DNA from: a virus
Strand: one strand, 5' to 3'
DNA: 64,000 nucleotides
Virus record (IMG/VR): IMGVR_UViG_3300021375_001810
In this document: positions 8,914 through 18,382 of the stretch, in pieces
How positions within the stretch are numbered: position 1 is the first letter of the stretch
How the letters are laid out: every line of letters begins with the position of its first letter
Position numbers and translations under genes: made by a program
Notes under the pieces: generated by a model
The model's database searches: none
The model's input: the letters and a program-made list of their open reading frames with translations, nothing else
What the model was told of the DNA's origin: nothing

Positions 8914-9327
8914 ATGATGCAAGAGTTCGCAATTAAGACGCTAATTGACATTACTGAAACAGGACTTCACAGAGGTACTGATAAACGTAAACTAAATCAG
9001 CAACAAAATTATAATACTTTTATCAATACAATTGGTTTAAGAGTTAATTGCTTACCTATAGAAGTTACTAGTAAAATGGTAGATAAAGTTGAAGACTTAG
9101 GCTTTGGTTCTGCATATAAAGGAAGACATACTGTATGGACATTTAGGTTTAATACAGAGTACTATGGTGGTTTAACACTTGATATGTTAGAGAATGATTT
9201 CCACCTTATTCCGGTAATAACTGACCTAATGGAAACAATTAAGATAAATACAAGTGTGTTAGATACTACAGGCAAGAAGACTAAAAATATCACGTTTAAG
9301 TATGTAGATAATGAATTGGCCGAGTAG
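8914..9327 (+). CDS. hypothetical protein (leaderless late gene)
   Basis: TAAATA 8904-8909 lies 4 nt before ATG. Confidence 0.75.
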   Translation: MMQEFAIKTLIDITETGLHRGTDKRKLNQQQNYNTFINTIGLRVNCLPIEVTSKMVDKVEDLGFGSAYKGRHTVWTFRFNTEYYGGLTLDMLENDFHLIPVITDLMETIKINTSVLDTTGKKTKNITFKYVDNELAE

Positions 9328-9453
9328 TAATAAATACAATTGAAGGCAAAAAATACACAACCATTTTAGGCATCTAAAAAACACATTAAGGCCAACCGAG
9401 AGTTTACTTAATCAACCTGCGGAGCGTAGGTGTTACAGAGAGATAAGAATAAA

Positions 9454-9690
9454 ATGGCGAAGACCACAGATTTAGAAAGAGAAAACCTAGAAGCACATGT
9501 TGACTTGTGTCAGCAGAGGTATGAGGTTTTAGAAAGACGTCTTTCTAAAATAGAAGAAAAAGTCGAACACATTCATAAAGATATTACTGAAGGTCAGAAG
9601 TCAATGACTAAGGTGCTTATCGGAACAGCCGGCACAATCGTAGCTGGTTTACTTTCAACAATAGTCGTTATATTATTAAACGTATCCTAA
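9454..9690 (+). CDS. coiled-coil plus C-terminal TM protein (XhlA/holin-like)
   Basis: Heptad region RYEVLERRLSKIEEKVEHI followed by a hydrophobic C-terminal helix. Confidence 0.6.
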   Translation: MAKTTDLERENLEAHVDLCQQRYEVLERRLSKIEEKVEHIHKDITEGQKSMTKVLIGTAGTIVAGLLSTIVVILLNVS

Positions 9691-9709
9691 CTCGATAAAT
9701 AACATTGTT

Positions 9710-10012
9710 ATGTTATTAAGAGAATTTACAACCACACCCGAAATAGAAACAGATTTAGATGAGAAACAAATCTGGGCTCGCTCAGGAAACAAAGTAGTAC
9801 GCAAGTATCGATGTTCCGGCGGCAAAAGGCATGGACGTATTGTATCTAAGATACAACAATGTTTTGCTGCGCCTAACATGAAGAAGCGTATGCAAATGAA
9901 AAAGACTAGAGCTAAACTAGGAGCAAGGATGATGCGTAAAGCAAAGCGAACTAAACGCACAAACAGAGCTTCAAAGGCAGTTCAAAGATTAAATAGAATG
10001 ACAAGAAGATGA
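9710..10012 (+). CDS. highly basic protein, paralog of 10009-10344
   Basis: RKYRCSGGKRHGRIV motif; K/R-rich. Confidence 0.75.
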   Translation: MLLREFTTTPEIETDLDEKQIWARSGNKVVRKYRCSGGKRHGRIVSKIQQCFAAPNMKKRMQMKKTRAKLGARMMRKAKRTKRTNRASKAVQRLNRMTRR

Positions 10013-10344
10013 GATACGTAGAGCTACAAGATATTGAAGAATCATACGTTCAAATTATGGGACGTAAGGACGGTAAAAATGTCCGTAAATATCGTTGTAC
10101 TTCTGGTACAAGAAAAGGTAGGATTGTTGCTAGTCCGTCAACTTGTACTGCTCCACGTAATGTTAAAAAATCTTCAACAATGAAAACGACTAAGAGAAAA
10201 CGTGGTTCTGTTATGTCGTTTAAAACAGGAAGACGTAGATCAACAGGTGCTGCAAGTCAACGTTTATCAAGACTAAATGTTCACTATGGTAGCAAAATGA
10301 AACCTAAGAAACGTACAACTTCAAAAAGAAGGAAGATAAAATGA
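10009..10344 (+). CDS. highly basic protein, paralog of 9710-10012
   Basis: RKYRCTSGTRKGRIV motif; K/R-rich. Confidence 0.75.
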   Translation: MRYVELQDIEESYVQIMGRKDGKNVRKYRCTSGTRKGRIVASPSTCTAPRNVKKSSTMKTTKRKRGSVMSFKTGRRRSTGAASQRLSRLNVHYGSKMKPKKRTTSKRRKIK

Positions 10345-10811
10345 AATTTGATGAGTTTAAAAACGAAGCATTAGAAAACGTAATTAAAAATCATAATCTA
10401 TCAGAACAACAGATAGATGAAGTTCTTCCAGCAATTGGCATGGCAGCCAGAGCAATAGGCGGTATGGCAGCCAAAGCTGCAGGAGGTCTTGCAAAAGGAG
10501 CAGCCAAAGCCGGTGCATCAGCGGCAAAGAAAGTAGGAGCCGCGGCTGTTGATGGTGCTCAAGGTGCAGGCAAAGGCCTTGCAGCTAAGATAGCAGCTAA
10601 AAATGCAACCACACTAAAAAAGAGCATACTTAAAAAAGGAATGGAACTACCAATTCCTGATAGTAGTGGAAAAGCTCAAAACTTTAAGATTGACGATGTT
10701 AAGGGCGATGAAGTAACATTAGCCAATCCTAAGCCAAAACCAGGCGAACCAATCAAAACAGTACACAAACAAAAAGAATTAGATTCAGTTATACAAGGTT
10801 TAGTACAATGA
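10341..10811 (+). CDS. Ala/Gly/Lys-rich probable internal head protein
   Basis: MKFDEFK N-terminus; AAK-type low-complexity repeats. Confidence 0.7.
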   Translation: MKFDEFKNEALENVIKNHNLSEQQIDEVLPAIGMAARAIGGMAAKAAGGLAKGAAKAGASAAKKVGAAAVDGAQGAGKGLAAKIAAKNATTLKKSILKKGMELPIPDSSGKAQNFKIDDVKGDEVTLANPKPKPGEPIKTVHKQKELDSVIQGLVQ

Positions 10812-11020
10812 AATTGAATCAATTAATATCGGAGTTTACTATTTCCGTATCTAATGAAGAAAAGAAACTTCTAGAATACATGGATACAGATATTAGACCC
10901 TTCAGTAGTTTTTCAGAGAGAGAACAATTCATAATTGAAGGGCTGATACGTAAAAGTATAGTAAGTAAAGTGTACAATAAGGGTTCTATACTGGTGGTGG
11001 TTAATGATAAAATTTACTAA
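10808..11020 (+). CDS. hypothetical protein
   Basis: ATGA-coupled ORF. Confidence 0.7.
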   Translation: MKLNQLISEFTISVSNEEKKLLEYMDTDIRPFSSFSEREQFIIEGLIRKSIVSKVYNKGSILVVVNDKIY

Positions 11021-11438
11021 AGCAAAACTAGGAAGTGAATTAGAAGATCTAATCAATAAGCAACTTGATACAAGTTACTTTCCTTATGTGAAAGGTAACA
11101 GTATAAGGATTGGTAGATACGTAGTACGTGAAAACAAAAAAGGCTTCTTTTTAGTATACGATACTAAAGATAATAAACAAGTAGCAAATACCTTTTGTAA
11201 AACATCTGCTGTAGCACTTGCAAAAACTTTACTTACTGGTGATACAAGAGATCTTAAAGAAATAGAACGCCTTGATGATATAATTGCAAGGAACTTTAAT
11301 GATGCTGTATTTTATAAACACACCATTAAAACTACAAAAGAAGAAGTTCGCAAATTTGTAGCCATAACACGGTACGATTTAGCGGCAACAAAAACAAGAG
11401 AAGCCAAAGAGCTTTTGGATAGTTATATCTATTACTGA
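11004..11438 (+). CDS. hypothetical protein
   Basis: Overlapping ORF in operon. Confidence 0.7.
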   Translation: MIKFTKAKLGSELEDLINKQLDTSYFPYVKGNSIRIGRYVVRENKKGFFLVYDTKDNKQVANTFCKTSAVALAKTLLTGDTRDLKEIERLDDIIARNFNDAVFYKHTIKTTKEEVRKFVAITRYDLAATKTREAKELLDSYIYY

Positions 11439-11487
11439 GATAAATAACTATAACAAACTTATACAGGTTCAACAATAGGAAGAGAAC

Positions 11488-12360
11488 ATGAATATTAGAG
11501 AAATTTCAAAACCAATAACGGCTCAGTCGTTAAACGAAAGCCTAGCAAAGAAGTTCGGTAGTCGCATTGACATCGACGCTTTCACAACAGAACAACTTCA
11601 AGATGCACGTAATAGAGTACGTACAAGTCTTAGTCAAGTAGAAACCAACGAAGGTTTCAGCACAGTACATACAGAAGAATATCAAAAGTCAAAACTCTTC
11701 CTTGACGTTTTGAATGCCGCAATTGGCGAGCGTAGTGATGTTGTTGAAACTGAGTTAGAAGAAAAGAAAGCAAAACCAGACTTCTTAGATATGGACAAAG
11801 ATGGCGACAAAAAAGAACCAATGAAAAAAGCCATTAAAGACAAAGAAGCAAAAAAGAAAACAGATGAGTCAGTAGTAACCGAAGGTGCTGAAGAATCAGC
11901 AGAGCTTGTAATGGCTTCCAAAGATATGGTAGATAAAATTACAGGTTGGATGGAAGACACAGCAGAAATGCAAACTGAGTCAATGTTAGAACTTGCTGAT
12001 AGTATTAGAGACGAAATGGGTTCTGAGAAATCAGAAGCATTTGTTAATTTAGTTAAACCATCATTAGAAGCACTTTACACTTCACTAGAAGGTACACGTG
12101 AAGCACTAACAGGTGGTGTTACATTACTAACAGGCGAAGGCGACATGCCAACACCAATGGGCGACGAAGAAGCAGAGCTAGATGCTGACGCACCAGTTGA
12201 TGCAGAAGTTGATGTTGATGCTGAAGTAGATGCTGAAGTAGAAGACGACTTTAGTGCAGACGAAACTGCCGCAGGTGGTGAAGAAGAAGCTGGACGTATG
12301 AAGCGTGAGAGCGTAGAAAGAAGCAGAAAGTTAGGTACTATTCTTTCAAAAAAAAAGTAA
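11488..12360 (+). CDS. acidic scaffold/core-like protein ending at a slippery site
   Basis: Late promoter 11441; D/E-rich; EF-hand-like DMDKDGDKKE; ends TCA AAA AAA AAG TAA. Confidence 0.75.
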   Translation: MNIREISKPITAQSLNESLAKKFGSRIDIDAFTTEQLQDARNRVRTSLSQVETNEGFSTVHTEEYQKSKLFLDVLNAAIGERSDVVETELEEKKAKPDFLDMDKDGDKKEPMKKAIKDKEAKKKTDESVVTEGAEESAELVMASKDMVDKITGWMEDTAEMQTESMLELADSIRDEMGSEKSEAFVNLVKPSLEALYTSLEGTREALTGGVTLLTGEGDMPTPMGDEEAELDADAPVDAEVDVDAEVDAEVEDDFSADETAAGGEEEAGRMKRESVERSRKLGTILSKKK

Positions 12361-12686
12361 CAGAGGCTAATGCTTCTAATAAACTTGCGTTAGTCTTAAG
12401 AAACATTCTACAAGATGCAGACTTAGCCGGTGAATCAGTTACTTTATCATTCGATAAACTTAATCAATTAATGTCTAACTCAGGAGCAGAACAATTTAGT
12501 TACGGCTCCTTTAAGCAAGTATACGATTCAAATCCTAGTATCCAAAGAATGATTAAAAACTTTGATCAAGAAAAAGTTACTCTAGATACTGAAGAACAAG
12601 AAGAAACAGGACTAGCACCGCAGGACGATAACGGCAGTGATTCTATTAGTCAAATGGCAAAGAGAGCAACCAAAGCACGTAGATAA
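12351..12686 (+). CDS. -1 frame extension of the 11488 ORF (probable frameshift product)
   Basis: The -1 frame is open from the A9G run through ATG 12471 to stop 12686; no clear SD before 12471. Confidence 0.6.
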   Translation, partial: KKVTEANASNKLALVLRNILQDADLAGESVTLSFDKLNQLMSNSGAEQFSYGSFKQVYDSNPSIQRMIKNFDQEKVTLDTEEQEETGLAPQDDNGSDSISQMAKRATKARR

Positions 12687-12690
12687 TTGG

Positions 12691-12719
12691 TTGACAATCG
12701 TATAAATGTATAGTATACT
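12691..12719 (+). promoter_or_regulatory. sigma70 promoter
   Basis: TTGACA-N17-TATACT. Confidence 0.75.
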
Positions 12720-12739
12720 ATAACAAATAGGAAAACTAT

Positions 12740-13018
12740 ATGACTAGATCCAACGACGAAATCATTACACAAATAAAAGACATACTGGAAACACGAGTTG
12801 CTCCAGCCGTAAGTCATCACGGTGGGTTTGTTAACTTTATTTCATACGACGATGGTAAATTAAAACTACAAATGGCAGGTGCTTGTTCAGGTTGCGCCGG
12901 CAGTACTACTACTATTAAATTTGGAATAGAAAACATGATGAAACATTATGTTCCAGAAGTAACAGAAATCATATCAGAAGACGAAGAAAACAGTACTGTT
13001 GACCCATATTACACATAA
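12740..13018 (+). CDS. NifU C-terminal/NfuA-type Fe-S carrier domain protein
   Basis: VAPAVSHHGG...MAGACSGC...IENMMKHYVPEV. Confidence 0.92.
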   Translation: MTRSNDEIITQIKDILETRVAPAVSHHGGFVNFISYDDGKLKLQMAGACSGCAGSTTTIKFGIENMMKHYVPEVTEIISEDEENSTVDPYYT

Positions 13019-13033
13019 CGGAATTTAAAATAC

Positions 13034-13738
13034 ATGTCATTAATAATTGATCGATATGGCTATAAGCCTATATCACGAAAAGAAGTAAATGGTAAGCGTT
13101 TGTATGCAACACCAGATGGAAACGCTGTAGCGAGCGTTACAACAATCTTAGACGCCACTAAAGACAAGACACACCTTATTGCTTGGCGCAAAAGAGTAGG
13201 CGAAACAAAAGCAAGAGAAATAACTACAGAAGCTGCAGGCGTAGGTACTAGAATGCACAAGTACCTAGAAGACTACATTGAGTTTGGTGAATGGCCAACT
13301 CCGGGCAGTAACCCCTTTGCTATTAAAGCTCATCGTATGGCAGAAGTAATACGTGACAAAGCCATGGGAGACGTAGATGAAATATGGGGTAGTGAAGTTA
13401 ATTTATATATGCCACAGATGTATGCAGGCACAACTGACCTTGTAGGACAATACAAAGGAAATCCTTGTATTATGGATTTCAAACAAACAAATAAACCCAA
13501 GAAGCAAGAATGGGTAGTTGATTACTATTTGCAAATGGTTGCATACGCAGAAGCACATAACGAAATTTACGGAACTAATATACGTGAAGGACATGTGTTT
13601 ATGTGTAGTCGAGGCGATCATAGTATGGAATTAGGCGGCGAAACTTATCAACAGTTTGATCTTTGGCCACATGAATACGACGAATGGCGCGAAGAATGGT
13701 ATAATAGGGTATATCAGTACTACGAGAAACAACAGTAA
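13034..13738 (+). CDS. PD-(D/E)xK exonuclease
   Basis: SVTTIL, GTRMH, E, AGTTD, DFKQT, QMVAYA motifs. Confidence 0.85.
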   Translation: MSLIIDRYGYKPISRKEVNGKRLYATPDGNAVASVTTILDATKDKTHLIAWRKRVGETKAREITTEAAGVGTRMHKYLEDYIEFGEWPTPGSNPFAIKAHRMAEVIRDKAMGDVDEIWGSEVNLYMPQMYAGTTDLVGQYKGNPCIMDFKQTNKPKKQEWVVDYYLQMVAYAEAHNEIYGTNIREGHVFMCSRGDHSMELGGETYQQFDLWPHEYDEWREEWYNRVYQYYEKQQ

Positions 13739-13786
13739 CTATGTCTAACAGATAAATATGTATAAGAACATATTGGAGATTATAAC

Positions 13787-15538
13787 ATGGCCGTAGTCCA
13801 AATCAGTCGTATACAACTTAGAAGAGGTAAGAAAAATTCCGGATCGGGTTTACCGCAATTAGCAAGCGGTGAAATGGGTTGGGCTGTGGACTCGCAAGAG
13901 CTTTACATTGGTAACGGTTCAGTTGCCGAAGGTGCACCTAGCGTAGGTAATACAGAGATTTTAACTGAACATACTAACTTGTTTAGTTTTGCAGAACAGT
14001 ATACATACAAAACAGACGATGCATTAATACAAACAGGTGCTACTGATAACTCTCCAATTAAACGTACACTACAAAGTAAGATGGATGACATTGTATATGT
14101 TGCGGACTTTGGAGCAAAAGGCGACAATACAACTGACGACACAGTAGCAATACAACGTGCAATAGATCAACTGTTTTTAAACTCAGATAAAGTAAATGCT
14201 GAAAGCAGAGTTGAATTACATTTTGGTGCAGGCTCATATAAAATTACAAACAGTTTGAAACTTCCTCCTTTTGCTAAACTATACGGTGCAGGAGTAGATG
14301 GCACAGAAATAATCCAATGCTCAAACAATCCAATTTTCACAAACGTTACAAGTGCTAGTGCTTTTAATCCTGGTACTGATGTAATGGTTTATGATACAAC
14401 TACTCTTTTTGAAAACAGTCAACTAAAACAAACACGAGGTGTTGTTGTTGATGGGTTTACATTTAAACACAGTTTAGTTGATCTAGAAGGTGCTGCTATA
14501 ACGATACAAAAGAACGTTTTCGAACTAACAAGTATCAAAGACAGTGTGTTTAAAAACTTAAAATTATCAGGACAGTGGGGAACAAGTTCTAACTATACTG
14601 TAAATACTGGAGAAGCAGGATTTGATATTAGAAGTATCCAAAGTTCTTCTTATCCATCAAAAAACAATACATTTAATAATATTAAGATAGAAAACTTGTC
14701 TGAGGCTGTAACTAGCTCATATGACATTTATGATAATACATTTGATAACCTAGACGTATTTAATTGCGGTTATGGTGTTGTATTAGGCAAGAACATGCCT
14801 GCTGTAACTCCAAGTAACTTAGCAGATAAGATTGCAGAAGGACAAGCATACGGACCTACAAATACTGTTATTAAAAACAGTATAATGGATGATGTTTTTA
14901 AACAAGGTGTTTGGGTAGCAAAGGGTGTTAACAATAAATCACTTGATAATACATATCACAAAGTAGGTAATGACGGAGGTTCAAGTACAACAGCGGTTAC
15001 AAGTATTGTTAAGTTTGAAACACAAGGTAATGTGTCAACAGATGATTGGTTCCAACGTACACAGGATCTTTCTTATGGAACAACTTTTGTTACTGTTAAT
15101 ACATCATCATCTAACTATCCAAACTATGACGAGGACACAGTTCCTTATATCCCTGAAATAGAAGGATCATTTATTTCAACTAGCAACGTAGTGAATACTA
15201 TACCATTAACTTATACTCCAAACAATGAAGTTACTAGTTTTAGATTGCCAGCAAACGAAACAAGGCAGTTTAAAATACGTTATGTATATAATGTAACAGT
15301 AAACTTTACACGTACAGGAGTACTTACAGTAGATATCAACAGAGAAGATGATACTATTAAAGTTACTGATGATTATGATGCAACAGGGCTAGTTACTACC
15401 TACGGAGAATCAATAGTCTTTTCTGGACATTTAGTAAACGTTTCAGGTGCATTAGGAGTTGACACAGCATACATAGAATGCTATAATACTATCAACAACG
15501 ATGCAACTTTAGACTTTACAATTGAATCACGTTCATAA
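13787..15538 (+). CDS. tail/structural protein with pectate-lyase-like beta-helix
   Basis: N-terminal QLRRG...LASGEMGW module; DFGAKGD..TDDTVAIQRAI beta-helix cap; late promoter 13753. Confidence 0.8.
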   Translation: MAVVQISRIQLRRGKKNSGSGLPQLASGEMGWAVDSQELYIGNGSVAEGAPSVGNTEILTEHTNLFSFAEQYTYKTDDALIQTGATDNSPIKRTLQSKMDDIVYVADFGAKGDNTTDDTVAIQRAIDQLFLNSDKVNAESRVELHFGAGSYKITNSLKLPPFAKLYGAGVDGTEIIQCSNNPIFTNVTSASAFNPGTDVMVYDTTTLFENSQLKQTRGVVVDGFTFKHSLVDLEGAAITIQKNVFELTSIKDSVFKNLKLSGQWGTSSNYTVNTGEAGFDIRSIQSSSYPSKNNTFNNIKIENLSEAVTSSYDIYDNTFDNLDVFNCGYGVVLGKNMPAVTPSNLADKIAEGQAYGPTNTVIKNSIMDDVFKQGVWVAKGVNNKSLDNTYHKVGNDGGSSTTAVTSIVKFETQGNVSTDDWFQRTQDLSYGTTFVTVNTSSSNYPNYDEDTVPYIPEIEGSFISTSNVVNTIPLTYTPNNEVTSFRLPANETRQFKIRYVYNVTVNFTRTGVLTVDINREDDTIKVTDDYDATGLVTTYGESIVFSGHLVNVSGALGVDTAYIECYNTINNDATLDFTIESRS

Positions 15539-15541
15539 AAC

Positions 15542-15970
15542 ATGTTTGAAAACACTGAATACCATTTAAGGATCTCTGCTTGGCGAGAGTTCAGGGATTT
15601 ACTAGAAGAATCCGAGACTCCTTTTAGCGACCTTATACAGAAATATAAGCGAGCTCCGTTAGTGAGTATTCATACTGATCCATGGGACCAAAGCACTTGG
15701 CCAACTCCGTGGCAGTTAGTTGAGGAGAACCAGTATTGTGACTTCTCATGTGTATTAGGAATGTGCTATTCACTACAGTTAACCAATCGTTTTAAGGACT
15801 CAAATTTTGAGATACATATAGCATCAGATGAAACAAATTCAGAGCTAATGTACTTGCTATTTGTGGATGAAAAAATAATCGGTATTGACGATGACGACTG
15901 CATAGATAGAAGTGATTTAACTACACAACTATTTTCGCAACGAGTCTACTCCATGCCAAAGTTAAACTAA
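15542..15970 (+). CDS. hypothetical phage protein
   Basis: 142-aa ORF with WPTPWQL motif. Confidence 0.75.
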   Translation: MFENTEYHLRISAWREFRDLLEESETPFSDLIQKYKRAPLVSIHTDPWDQSTWPTPWQLVEENQYCDFSCVLGMCYSLQLTNRFKDSNFEIHIASDETNSELMYLLFVDEKIIGIDDDDCIDRSDLTTQLFSQRVYSMPKLN

Positions 15971-16016
15971 ATATCAAATACGAAGAAATAAAATGAATGA
16001 GAAGGAGAATAAACAC

Positions 16017-18323
16017 ATGTCAAATGGCATCTATATTATTAAGCGAGACGGTTCCAAGGAACCAATTAACATTGATAAAATACACAAGGTGGTGCAATTT
16101 GCATGTGAAGATTTAGCAGGAGTAAGTGCAAGCCAGATAGAAATGAATGCAAACTTACAATTCTATGATGGCATGAGTACATCAGAAATACAAGAAGTAT
16201 TAGTACGTAGTGCAAACGACCTTATCTCATTAGAAACACCTAACTATCAATTTGCCGCAGCAAGACTATTAAGTTATGGTGTTAATAAAGATGTATTTGG
16301 AGAGTATACAGCAATTACTCTAAAACAAAATATTGATAAAAATATTGACCGTGGAGTGTATGATAAAGAGTTTTTAGAGCTATATACAGCAGAAGAAATT
16401 GAAACACTAGACAGTTACATTCGTCACAAGAGAGACGAAAACTTTACATACGCAGGACTAAGACAAGTAGTAGACAAGTATTTGTGTCAAGACAGAAGCA
16501 CAGGCAAAATATTTGAAACTCCACAATTCATGTATATGATGATTGCGGCAACATTGTTTGCTAACTATCCAAAAGATTTACGTATGCATTACGTAAGGAG
16601 ATACTACGATGCGACCTCACTTTTTAAAATCAACATACCGACCCCAGTCATGGCGGGTGTCAGAACTCCTGTTAGACAGTTTGCAAGTTGTGTTCTTGTT
16701 GACAGCGATGACACTCTTGACAGCATTTTTTCTAGTGATATGGCTATTGGCCGCTATACAGCTCAACGTGCAGGGATTGGTATCAATGCTGGGCGGATAC
16801 GTGGAGTCAATGCGAAGATACGCGGTGGAGAAGTGGCGCACACTGGTATCATTCCTTTCTTAAAGAAATTTGAAAGTACAGTACGTTGTTGTACACAGAA
16901 TGGAGTACGTGGCGGCAGTGCAACTACCCATTTTCCTTTATGGCATCAAGAGATTGAAGACATTCTTGTATTAAAAAATAATAAAGGTACAGAAGACAAC
17001 CGTGTACGTAAATTAGATTATTCAATTCAGTTAAACAAAACTATGTATGAAAGATTGTTGGCTGGCGGAAACATAACTTTATTCTCGCCACATGATGTAC
17101 CTGGTTTGTATGAAGCATACTTTGGTGACCCTGCGGCATTCCAAGAACTATACGAAAAATATGAACGTGCTACAAGCATTAAGAAACATACTGTATCAGC
17201 AATGGACTTGTTTTCAGCACTAATTAAAGAACGTGCAGAAACAGGACGCATTTACATTATGAATGTTGATCACTGTAATACACACAGTTCTTTTAAAGAC
17301 ACAGTTTACATGAGCAATCTTTGCCAAGAGATCACATTGCCTACAAAACCATTACAGCACATTGATGACCCAGAAGGTGAGATTGCTCTATGTATTTTAA
17401 GTGCTATTAATGTAGGTATTATTAGAAGTTTAGATGATTTAGATGAACTATGTGATTTGGCTGTAAGAGCATTAGAGGAAATTATTGATTATCAAAAGTA
17501 TCCTATTTTAGCTGCAGAGAAATCAACTAAAGCAAGACGTTCATTAGGAGTAGGCTACATTGGGTTAGCACACTATCTTGCGAAGAATAAAACAAAATAC
17601 GAAGATCCAGAAAGTTGGAAGGCTGTACACGAATTGACAGAAGCATTTCAATACTATTTGCTTAAAGCCAGTAACAATTTAGCACAGGAACGAGGTGCAT
17701 GTGAATACTTCGATCGTACTAAATACTCAGAAGGCATACTTCCGATTGATACTTATAAAAAGGAAGTTGATGATATTGTAAAGGTTAAACTTAACTATGA
17801 TTGGGATAGTTTACGCAATGACATTAAGGAACACGGGCTACGACACTCAACGTTGTCCGCACAGATGCCATCGGAGAGCAGTTCTGTTGTGTCAAACGCA
17901 ACAAACGGAATTGAGCCACCTAGAGGATACTTGTCCGTTAAGAAAAGCAAGAAAGGGCCTCTTAAGCAAATTGTTCCACAGTATCAGACGTTAAAGAATA
18001 ATTACAGTTTACTATGGGATATGCCTAGTAACGAAGGCTATATTAATATTGTTGCTGTAATGCAAAAGTTCTTTGATCAAGCGATTAGTGGTAACTGGAG
18101 TTACAATCCGACACACTTTGAGAACAACGAAGTTCCAATGAGTGTTATGTTAAAAGATTTGTTAACAACTTATAAACTAGGTTGGAAGACATCATACTAT
18201 CAAAACACGTATGATTACAAAACAGATCCAAGTGAACTAGAACTAGAAGAAAAAGAAGTAGAGTTACAGCCATCAGAAAATGACTACGAAGATGGCGAAG
18301 AATGTGAGGCATGTGCAATTTAG
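16017..18323 (+). CDS. nrdA: class Ia ribonucleotide reductase alpha subunit
   Basis: ATP cone IKRDG, PTPVMAG, QFASC, SNLCQE, SYY, C-terminal CEAC. Confidence 0.97.
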   Translation: MSNGIYIIKRDGSKEPINIDKIHKVVQFACEDLAGVSASQIEMNANLQFYDGMSTSEIQEVLVRSANDLISLETPNYQFAAARLLSYGVNKDVFGEYTAITLKQNIDKNIDRGVYDKEFLELYTAEEIETLDSYIRHKRDENFTYAGLRQVVDKYLCQDRSTGKIFETPQFMYMMIAATLFANYPKDLRMHYVRRYYDATSLFKINIPTPVMAGVRTPVRQFASCVLVDSDDTLDSIFSSDMAIGRYTAQRAGIGINAGRIRGVNAKIRGGEVAHTGIIPFLKKFESTVRCCTQNGVRGGSATTHFPLWHQEIEDILVLKNNKGTEDNRVRKLDYSIQLNKTMYERLLAGGNITLFSPHDVPGLYEAYFGDPAAFQELYEKYERATSIKKHTVSAMDLFSALIKERAETGRIYIMNVDHCNTHSSFKDTVYMSNLCQEITLPTKPLQHIDDPEGEIALCILSAINVGIIRSLDDLDELCDLAVRALEEIIDYQKYPILAAEKSTKARRSLGVGYIGLAHYLAKNKTKYEDPESWKAVHELTEAFQYYLLKASNNLAQERGACEYFDRTKYSEGILPIDTYKKEVDDIVKVKLNYDWDSLRNDIKEHGLRHSTLSAQMPSESSSVVSNATNGIEPPRGYLSVKKSKKGPLKQIVPQYQTLKNNYSLLWDMPSNEGYINIVAVMQKFFDQAISGNWSYNPTHFENNEVPMSVMLKDLLTTYKLGWKTSYYQNTYDYKTDPSELELEEKEVELQPSENDYEDGEECEACAI

Positions 18324-18326
18324 TTG

Positions 18327-18355
18327 TTGACATTCAGTCAAAACTATAGTATTGT
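18327..18355 (+). promoter_or_regulatory. sigma70 promoter
   Basis: TTGACA-N17-TATTGT. Confidence 0.6.
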
Positions 18356-18382
18356 ATATTAGAGATATAAGGAATCAAACAG

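Noticed and set aside
13034-13738. Cas4-like assignment
   Set aside because: Lacks the four-Cys Fe-S cluster pattern; ordinary phage PD-(D/E)xK exonuclease.
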